Below are positions 49,909 through 59,665 of a stretch of DNA of 64,000 nt, in pieces. The notes beneath the pieces were generated by a model. That model was given only the letters and a program-made list of their open reading frames with translations, was not told where the DNA came from and did not search any database. A program made the position numbers and the translations under genes. The stretch's first letter is position 1. Each line of letters begins with the position of its first letter. Origin of the DNA: Vairimorpha necatrix (taxonomy: Eukaryota); NCBI GenBank assembly GCA_036630325.1, contig CP142736.1, positions 868,001 to 932,000 of the forward strand. The letters run 5' to 3'.

Positions 49909-50796
49909 ATGTCCTCGAATTTTGATTTGATTCTTCGCGATTTTCTAAAAATCTCTAATTATCAAAATACAAATAAAATATCTTCTTTTATTTCTTACAA
50001 CACTGCAGGTGGAAAAGGTTACCGGCGAGAACTATTCAAACTTCTCCTAAATAATATTTCAGACGAGTCTGTAAAAATGGGGAATATTTTCGAATTACTT
50101 CAAAGTGCCTTTGTGGTAATCGACGATGTCATGGACGAATCTGACCTAAGAAGAGGTGTCGAATGTTATTATAAAAAAGAAGGAATGGTATCTCTAAGAT
50201 ATTCTCAGTATTTTATAACTGGTCTAGCTAGGATATCTAAAAATATAAAAACTGGATCTAATTTAAGATCTCGGTATTATAAATGTTTATTTTATTCATG
50301 TCTAGGGCAGACACTTGATTGTTATAAAAATACAATGGAGGAATATAAATTAGACTTGTATAATACAATAGCAGAATATAAGACATCTTGGTATACATTT
50401 TATTTCCCTATTTCTGTGGGGTATGCTTACACTGGTCAAGATGAACCAAATAATTTATATGAATATTGTAGATTATTAGGAATAAAATTCCAAATGCAAG
50501 ACGATTATCTTAATTTCTTCCCAGAAATAAGTAAAAAAACAGGGAATGATTTGGATTCCTTAAAATTGACATTTTTTACTTGTAAATTAGCAGAAGGAAA
50601 TTCAAAAATAAGCAAGGAATATTTCGAGACTGGGAAAGTGACGAATGAACTCGAGGAGGAAGTAAAGGCATTTTTCCCAGAATTCAAAAATAAGATGAAT
50701 GAGATTAGTCAGAAGATGAAGGAACTTGAAGTTGGTATAAATGAGAAAGTATTAGAATTTATTGATATATTATTTAAAAAACAAGAAATAAAATAA
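49909..50796 (+). CDS. ERG20: Farnesyl diphosphate synthase family trans-prenyltransferase (295 aa)
   Basis: GGKGYR, first Asp-rich motif DDVMDESDLRRG, GQTLD, YKTSWYTF, second motif FQMQDDYLN, KTGND; aCCCCaaaATG start. Confidence 0.93.
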   Translation: MSSNFDLILRDFLKISNYQNTNKISSFISYNTAGGKGYRRELFKLLLNNISDESVKMGNIFELLQSAFVVIDDVMDESDLRRGVECYYKKEGMVSLRYSQYFITGLARISKNIKTGSNLRSRYYKCLFYSCLGQTLDCYKNTMEEYKLDLYNTIAEYKTSWYTFYFPISVGYAYTGQDEPNNLYEYCRLLGIKFQMQDDYLNFFPEISKKTGNDLDSLKLTFFTCKLAEGNSKISKEYFETGKVTNELEEEVKAFFPEFKNKMNEISQKMKELEVGINEKVLEFIDILFKKQEIK

Positions 50797-50834
50797 ATAA
50801 GTTTCTTTTTATGATATTTTAGTATCTTGTAATA

Positions 50835-51116
50835 TTAAAATTCAAGATTTTCATCTATAAATTTCCTAATCTGGTAATACAACTTCTCTTGTATTTCTTC
50901 TGGTAAATTATTGGTCATAAATTCCATGATCGTATTGTAAATCTCTGTCTCGGGTACTTCTTCTATTTTCCTATGTTTATAAATATTCTTAATATGATAA
51001 TTGATCTTAGATTTGAAATCATACTCATTAAGCATGGTATCAAAACTATTTAGAAATTGGTCCTTGACGCCATATTTATTTAAGATTTCTTCTATATTTT
51101 CGTCATTTTTATCCAT
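50835..51116 (-). CDS. Sus1/ENY2-like transcription and mRNA export factor (93 aa)
   Basis: CCCCCtcttATG start. The size and the C-terminal LPEEIQEKLYYQIRKFIDE resemble the VPDSVKKELLQRIRTFL helix of ENY2/Sus1. Confidence 0.65.
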   Translation of the reverse strand: MDKNDENIEEILNKYGVKDQFLNSFDTMLNEYDFKSKINYHIKNIYKHRKIEEVPETEIYNTIMEFMTNNLPEEIQEKLYYQIRKFIDENLEF

Positions 51117-51129
51117 AAGAGGGGGTAGA

Positions 51130-51900
51130 CAAAATAAATAATTTGTGTAAAAAACAGTCTAGAAGACTAGACCGAATTGAAACCTATAGTAAATCATATT
51201 TTCTTAAGGAATAAATAAAATATATTTGACTACTGGTAACGCTTTGGGGAGAAGATTAACTCCTTCAGATATTTATGACAAACTAAACAGGTACAGACAA
51301 AATATAAATAGTTTAAGTGAAGATAAAAGGAGTTACCAATGTAAAAAACAAACAAGGATTGATGTTAACAAATTTGATATGATAAAAACACTATTAACTT
51401 AAGTCTGACAATTGGAAAAAACATAACTGAGTCTATACAAAAAAATTATAAAAGCTTGAAAGAAGTCTTAGTTGAACATGATAACGCATCATGTATAATA
51501 TTGAGTGTGTTTTTATTGAGTTATTATTTTTAAATCCAGTGACTAAAGATCTAATGCGACACTTTTGGAGTGTGCACAATAAAGCTTAACAAAAAATATA
51601 AGGCAAATGTGTTATAGATAAATTATAGATTATTCCGAAAGAGCAAACACAAATTAGGAGATATAATAATAAAACGTAAAAAAAGAATGTTAAAAGGTGT
51701 AAACGACCATGAGAAGTTTATAATTGACACTGTTTGAGGCATAATAATAAGTTTTATGATAGAGTGGAATATTCATTATATTTGACATCGTTGTAAACGA
51801 GTTAGATGATTTCTGACTACAACAAATATTAGAAACTCGTTTTTATTGTAAAAAAACAGCTGTAAAATGACATCATTGCTGAGGTAAAGCAAATGTCAGA
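51130..51900 (+). pseudogene. Possible decayed LTR-retrotransposon RNase H relic
   Basis: Fragments resembling xTDAS (VEHDNAS, ~51471) and TDH (~51705) occur in the expected order. Very degraded. Confidence 0.3.
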
Positions 51901-53002
51901 GTTATATCTTTACTGGGAGTAGACTAAAAGTATAGAATGAAAAACAGTACAATAATGTAACCAATGATGCAAACCTACAAATAAAATGTATAAATAATGC
52001 ATCCAAAAATATTTCAAGATCAAATCAGTTTTAAAATGAAATTCGAAGTTGATTTCCGATATAAACTTTAGACAAAATTTAGAAATTACCAATTAAACCT
52101 AATATGTAGAATATTTATATTTGTCGTCTAATTATTAAAAATAAATAAACATGAGTAATTTGTTTTATAAATCAAGCAAAGAGTATATTTTTCGAATATG
52201 CCAATTTAGATAGTAATATGGTTGGATATTTGAGGAATTTTCTGCCTGATCATATAATGCGGCGATCTTTATTTGCCACATTAGAGCTTTATTTAACTAC
52301 CTGCATTTTTCGAATATAAAATGTCAAGGAGCAGATCTAAATACTAGTACTAATTACACCGAAAACCAGAGAAAATCATATTTTAGTTTTTTTCTCTCTT
52401 CTAATTCTATTCGTCAGAATCAATCGGAAAATTAAGGCTATTGGGGATAAAAATAAAAATAACGATTATCTTATGAAACTTCTTTTGACAGCTAACAGTT
52501 CGAAGCAATATTATGGCTTTGTAGTCAATAACTAGTCGGTTTATTGGTTAATATTAAAAATTCAATCAAATTATTTTTATTTTAGTAATTTTATAATAGA
52601 CACATACATTAAAATACGAACGGACTATTCATCAAACGCTTACTGACTGATACCTCAGTATACCTCTTAATTATAGCCTTACACATATGTTTAAAAATGA
52701 ATTTTATTCAAATTATGTTTTTATTAGAATATTTTGCTATTTCTAACATTTTTCTAGACATGTGGCAGGAGATTTATTTGATAAAAGATTACACATATTA
52801 AACCTATCAAGCAACACTATGACACTGCTGAGCTAATTAAAAAACCTAAGAGGCTTTATTATTAACTCAAATCTCTGGTGTATCGGTAATTTATTTAAAT
52901 TAATTTATTCATTTGTGTAGGGTATAATATAAGTAAGATTTCATAAAATACTCAAACTGTCAAATTTTAAACGCAGCTGATATTTCTAGAAACAAAATTA
53001 TT

Positions 53003-53656
53003 GGCGCATGACCGTTTTGAACCCGCTTTAGGAAAATGAACCTGCATTGGTAAAATGAACCCACTTTGAAATTTTAAAGGACACTTCTTTCAAAAAATGG
53101 CAAAATTGGCAAAAATAATGTTTGTTAAGGCAGATGAGCTTTTTAGTGATGAAATGTATTTATACATGGAATACAAAGAAAAGCTTATTTTGGAAACATT
53201 TGATGCAGAATCGGCGGGCACCTTGCTTGTTTCTGTAACTAGTAGAAATACTGCTTTTTCTTTGAGGTAATACAATATAATGTATAACCTGTTTCTATTA
53301 TGATCTCTAATCAATGGGTAGTATATGAGGCCCACATTAGACAAGCAAAGAGATGGAGCACAGTACTATGAATCACTACATCAATGCTGTAACTTTTAGC
53401 GATTCCGAGTCACAATACGAAATAACTTAGTTAATTTTGGCTCATTTATATAAGAGATATTCGATCTAGACATAAACAAAGACGAACACTATGGTACCTT
53501 TTACAGTTCCTCTGGGCTTTCCAAACCCCAAAAATCACCGTTTAAAATTGTCTTCTTTCATTATTATAAATAAATCGTTAAGTTCTTTTTGTATAATTTT
53601 TTTTATTTTTAACTTTTTTTTGAATTTTCAAAGCGGGTTCCAAACGGTCATGTACC
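53003..53656 (+). mobile_element. Internally deleted Merlin element of a second family (654 bp)
   Basis: GG...CC termini; ~27-bp TIRs (ggcgcatgaccgttttgaacccgcttt / ggtacatgaccgtttggaacccgcttt); 8-bp TSD AAATTATT (52995-53002, 53657-53664); transposase remnants MISNQWVVY and EHSTMNH (cf. IxSDxWxxY, HxTVNH). Confidence 0.88.
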
Positions 53657-54754
53657 AAATTATTACTTCCGTCTAATACTTTTTTTTTTAAGATGAAATT
53701 TTTAACGATTCTTCAATTGATAATTAATAAGGCCTATATAACATAAAATAAAAATTTCATGAACAAAGCATAATGGTTATTTGTAATCTAACAACATTCT
53801 GAATGTATTTGAGTTTTTTATAAAAAAATATACGGATAAAAAAACAGCTTTTGTTTTGTATAAAAAAGATAAATTTTAGAGTTCATTAAATTTATAGAAT
53901 CAAATTAAAGCATTTTTTTTATGGTTATTTACATTTATAATGTTAATGCTAAATTAATATTATTTAAGACATTTTTTTTATTTGTTTTTATTACAATATT
54001 ATTAACAAAACTCATAAAAAACAACTAGAGTATATTAATTATTTTTATTTTTAACAATACTGAAACATATTAGAACTTTACCATAAACTTGTTACATTTT
54101 AATATGTAAATTTTCTTATGTAAAAAATTAAGACGGATAATATATTGATTTATGACACAAGCAAAAAGATAGTCCAAAATGATCAACGTTTTATGAAAAA
54201 GAAAAATAAAGATAAAATTTAGCAATAACGTACAATAGTTTTGTAATGAGTTTGTTCAGTAGTTAAATGCAATAACATGATATTTGAATTTCTCAGTGTA
54301 AATTCAAAGAGATATAAAAATGTACAAAACATTGTACTTGCCTAATTTTAGGTACTGTTTTTTATTTGATATATTTTTGTAGTATTTTGCAATCTAAATA
54401 ATTCGTAAGATTATATAATTTAATAAAAAATTTGACGTATATTTATAATTATAAATATGAATAAATGTAAATGTTTAAAATATCTTATAAATGCTATTTA
54501 AACAGAACTACGAAAATATAGAAGTTTAATGTTCCATGTGATGCTATATTAATTTTACACTTAAATTATGATGTTTTTGCCACATGTATGAGTTTATTAG
54601 AAGTTTAATTCGAGTTTATATTCAACTTGACGTGTAATTCTCTTTTTATATTATAATATAAATTGTAGAGTTCGTTCTCTTATTTATCTGAAAACAATAT
54701 TTACGGGCAAATGCACAAATTATCATATTATTTATAGAAAAACAAGCCCTTAGA

Positions 54755-55711
54755 ATGTTATTGACATTGGGTTTTATGTTTTGTACACAATTAAACCATA
54801 TTCTTTCAAAAAATGATAATAGTGAACTCAATATAACTTTATCATATGATGAACCTAAAAAAACTGTTTTTGATTTAAAAGGTTCCTCTTTTGGTGATTT
54901 TACTCAGCTTTTAAAGCAGTCAGATTATTTGGGACGAGAATATGGAATATATTTTTATGATGATAATCTATGTGATAATAATTTTAACCAAACTAATCTA
55001 GACCAAATTAGCAACAATATCCACTCAAAATTGCAAAATAATAATTACCAATCAGGTATTGTAAACGAAGAAACTGAATATAGTCAAGAATTTTTTTCAA
55101 TTAAAATTTTCAATAAATTTGAAAAATCTTATAAAATATTGTCAGAATGTAGGAACAATATTGACCAATATATACTACTGATAAAAAATACTATAATAGA
55201 AAAAAAGTATACCAACAATCAAATATTAAAAGACAGTGAAGATTATAGAAAGTTCCAAATTAATAGCATAAAAATTCATCGTTTTTCTCAATTTTTAAAG
55301 AGAATTAAAAACATTCAACTTCCAAGAACTAGTGGAAAACTAAAAACATTAAATTTGCCACTAGAGACCAACAATATAATTTCCGCATTCATAGATCTGT
55401 TTGTGCATTTCACGAAAATTTTTTTTACAAGAGAAAGACATATAACTTCAAAAAGTTATTCGGCCGTGACTAAACAAGCGATGTTTAATTATAATAAAGA
55501 AATATTATCTGCATTTGATCATATACCTATAGTAAAAATTCTAGAAATAATTGACGAAGAATTAAATAAGTTTAAATATGAATCTTATTCGCAAAAGATA
55601 AAAGTACGAAGAATTATTGAGTTGTTAAATAATAAAATAAATGTTACATTTGTAAAAACAAAAAAATGTATCGAGATATATAATCAGGTAAGTCAGATAT
55701 ACAACAAATAA
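54755..55711 (+). CDS. Hypothetical, probably secreted protein (318 aa)
   Basis: Long intact ORF; agCCCttagaATG start; hydrophobic N-terminus MLLTLGFMFC; no recognised domain. Confidence 0.8.
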   Translation: MLLTLGFMFCTQLNHILSKNDNSELNITLSYDEPKKTVFDLKGSSFGDFTQLLKQSDYLGREYGIYFYDDNLCDNNFNQTNLDQISNNIHSKLQNNNYQSGIVNEETEYSQEFFSIKIFNKFEKSYKILSECRNNIDQYILLIKNTIIEKKYTNNQILKDSEDYRKFQINSIKIHRFSQFLKRIKNIQLPRTSGKLKTLNLPLETNNIISAFIDLFVHFTKIFFTRERHITSKSYSAVTKQAMFNYNKEILSAFDHIPIVKILEIIDEELNKFKYESYSQKIKVRRIIELLNNKINVTFVKTKKCIEIYNQVSQIYNK

Positions 55712-56763
55712 AGTAATTATCTGAAGTTATATCTTATAGTTAATTTATTATTTTTTTGCGTAAAAACCATTTAGTTGTTATTACATAACAAAAAAAAAAC
55801 CTTGGTCGCAAAATAATTTTCTATGATATATTTTGATTAGACTAACACTTAAATAGCAAATTTTCCTAAGTGCTTATGTAGAATTCCCATTTTTGAAAAT
55901 TAGTAATTTTTTTTGTAAATTTTATATTTAAATTAAAACATTACATTTTGTCATATTCTATCTTTTTAATTTTATTTCTCAAGGGTCTATATAGGCTAAC
56001 AATTGCTTCGTCATTAATTTTCATCAAGTTTTCAGAATGTAATCAATTGCTTAGTAGTCAATCAGATCTTTTTATTTGCAAGAATATAGTTGGTCTGTAT
56101 TTGATTGACTTTTCATAGACCATATAGAAATAAAAATATAATTGTCAATTTCTCAAATCAAGATTATGTCCATAATTCATATCCTTTGAAGATTTTTTTT
56201 ATATACTATAAATTATTATGTCACTTGTTAAACGTTACAGAAAACATGGCGGAAAGAAATTTGAAATAATACATTGTTGTAGATAGTAAAGAGATTTTCC
56301 AGTGGACAATACCAGATTCGTAGAAATAGAGAGCAAAAAAAACATGATTTTTAACATCGAAATGTAATCGACGTTAGAGATAAATCTAACTTTCCCTACG
56401 AAATAATATATGACGGAGTGTTAGTGCTATTTACTATCTTATGGAATTGCATATATGGAATATTTATTGTTCATATAACGAATTACCTTCTAATAAAAGT
56501 TTTATTTTTCATATATCATTTTCTAACGATAATTTAGTCAGCAAGATGCAACGAAGAACATCAAAGAAACATATCCTTATAGAAAATATAAAGATCAGCC
56601 TCAAAACGATACCACGTGTTTAAATATTAGATTAATATTATATTGAGCTGTCAGGTGTCAATTTATAATAGCATGTAATTTTATAAAAGAGGAATCATAT
56701 AGGCAACATTGCTGACGTTAATTTTACTGGTTCGATGTTAAGATAATAATCTGCATATATTTT

Positions 56764-57606
56764 GGAGGAAGGATCCGAAACACCCCCCCCTCAGAGGGTG
56801 TTCACTTTATTTTTTCGAACCCCAAAATTGAAGTGCAAAATAAAGGAGGAGCAAAGAAGAGACAAAAATTACTAAGTACTTATTACATTAAAAACAAAAA
56901 ATAAACATACGTTTATGTACAGAATTATATTTTAAATGTAGTTCTAATAATCATTTAAAGTGTTGTATCTTTTTTGCCCTTCTTATTTTTCTAAATTTTT
57001 TTTTAATTACTGGTTTATTATAAAAGTAGATTTTCTTCAAAAATCTACTTTTATAATAAACCAGTAATTAAAATTATAAATATTATTTATATAAGAAAAT
57101 TTAAATAAATGTTCAACGATCTATACAGATTGTTAAATCAAAAAAATTAATTTGAAAGATGCCAAGTTATTTAGAATTATGTAGTTTTATGATTATATTC
57201 TTTTTTTAAATTAAATTTTGTATACAAATATATAATTATTTGGTATTTTTACTGTTTAAAGATGCAAGTAATTTGAATGCTAATGATTGCTCCTCCTTTA
57301 TTTTGCACTTCGTTTTTGGGGTTCAAAATAATAAAGTGAACACCCTCAGAGGAAGGCATTTTGGTCCCCAATTCTAATAAATCAGAAGGGTAAAAACTGC
57401 TTATCAATTGTTATAAATATACAAATTTAAATTAAAATATAATTCTGTACATGATAGTATGTTTATTTTTTGTTTTTAATGTAATAAGTGCTTAGTAATT
57501 TTTGTTTCTTCTTTGCTCCTCCTTTATTTTGCACTTCAATTTTGGGGTTCGAAAAAATAAAGTGAACACCCTCTGAGGGGGGGGGGGTGTTTGGGCATCT
57601 TCAGCC
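56764..57606. mobile_element. Merlin-type MITE (843 bp), related to 26080-26915 in opposite orientation
   Basis: GG...CC termini; 8-bp TSD TATATTTT (56756-56763, 57607-57614); long TIRs (aaacacccccccctcagagggtgttcactttat...); the interior is the reverse complement of the 26-kb MITE interior. Confidence 0.92.
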
Positions 57607-59665
57607 TATATTTTAATAAAACATGACAAACAATTAAATAAATATTGTAAAATTTTCAATTTTTATATTGTACTTCCAAAGCAAACTTTTTAACTATTAT
57701 ATTTAGTTCCAAAATTTTTTTTTGGGTGTGTTGTTATTCCTAAAGTCGAAAAAACATTTAGTTGATTTTTACTTTCTATTTTTTTTAATCACAGTCAGTA
57801 TAGTTAAATATATTGAAGTTAAAAATATTAATTGTGTTTGTTTACAAAAATTATTTTTTACTTTATATGAACAAACGGCCATTTGACAAATCCTTCCAAA
57901 GATTTTTAACAGCATTGATAATAATGTATTTATGCTAAAATATTTCCTCAAAGGTTTTCAGCAGATCAAATCTCGAGTTTTGGTTATTTACACATTTTGT
58001 TGTTTCTAAAAAAGTCTTAAAATTTTTATTATTTTAGATAATTCATAATATTCATTTTTAGTTTGAATTATAATTCTTTCTAATTCCATAATCAAGCACA
58101 TTTTTATTATATAGAAAAATTTTACTCGCATCAATTAATATTTTTATAAAGTCCTACCTTCTTTTTTATTTTGATCTTTGTTGCTGCAATTATATGCATA
58201 TGTTTCTCAAAAATATCACAATTCTTAATCAATCCTTTAAAATCAACTTTAAATATTGAGTGAAGGCTTTGATAATTTATTTAATTAATAAATATACAGC
58301 TGATTTTTTGTGATAGTAAATACTCCTAATAATTTTCAATATTTTATCATTTTTTTTCAATTAGCTTGAGATTACAAAAAATTTCGTTTTTGTTGCCTTG
58401 ATTGATTTCCATTAATGTTACAATTCTCATAAGTTCCTTAAATGTTGATTTATTAACAAGTAATTCTAAATTATTTTCTACGATCTTACATTATATTTTT
58501 GGCGATATGAAAAATTCAGGCATAGTTTAAATAATTGCATACTATGAAATCATTTTCATCAATTGTTTGGAAAAAAATGATTCATCCCTTCGGTTTTATT
58601 TTCTGTATTATTATTATTGTGTATTCGTTCTTAATTTTTGATGCACCATATACTTCGTTTACATCAACAAAATTAAATAATTTATGTGTTTCAAATTTTT
58701 TTTCGATATTTATTCCTCGCAGAATATATTTTCACATGCTTCTCAAAAATATTATCTAGGTTAAGTTCGCTAGATCGATATTTTAAAAATTAAAACTTTC
58801 TTCGATTGCATAATAAAAAAATTTAAAAGAGAACCTTTATTTTTAAAAAATTTAAATCTTCATTATTATCATTGAGAAAATACAGTTATACAAAGCACAT
58901 TTTTCCTTCTAAATCATTTTATATATATTTTATTGCTTTTTTCCCTTTATCTTTTTTGTTATCGATAATATTTTTACGGGAAAATGAATGGTCTTGGTTT
59001 TTTTTTCATAAACAAGTATTTTTGAAGGGCTCAATTATTCATTATACAAAAGTATTCATTTAATTTTTAGAGGCTTTCGTAATTTCTACGTTTTCTTATG
59101 TAATTACTTGCTTTTTAATTAAAATAATTTTATTTATTATTATTAAATTTGATATAATCTATGTTGATATTCTTTTTTATTACTATGTACTGCATTGTTC
59201 TAACGGTTCTTTGTTTTTATAAGGGGGATACCTTCTCCTATATTTGTCTTCTTTTTTTTATCAATAAAATTATTAAAAATTACCATATGATTCTAACTAA
59301 TAATACTAAAGCATGACAATATAAGATTTATGTTGTATATATATGTTTGAATATAAATACTTGTTACAAAGTTTTTTCAGAATCCTAGTAGTTCTTTTTC
59401 TCATATATTTACGCAGGAATCAAATTTTTATAATTTTTTAAATAGAGGAGATCGAAAACCAAATAATTATTTTTTTCCAGTTCCCTTAACCTTCTCAGCA
59501 TTTGGAAGTTAGTGCTTGATAATTTATATTGTTTATCGTTACTTTCAATAAAAATGCAGAATAGTGTATTTATATTTTAAAAATGACTTTGAAGTTCTTG
59601 AAAAATTTGAGAAAATTTATATTTTAGGTTAAGTAATTTTTTACATATTTTTATTTTTCAACTTA

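Noticed and set aside
57750-59230. Coding-like minus-strand stretch below a CCCCC motif at ~59225
   Set aside because: No intact ORF or recognisable motif; it may be a decayed gene but cannot be supported.
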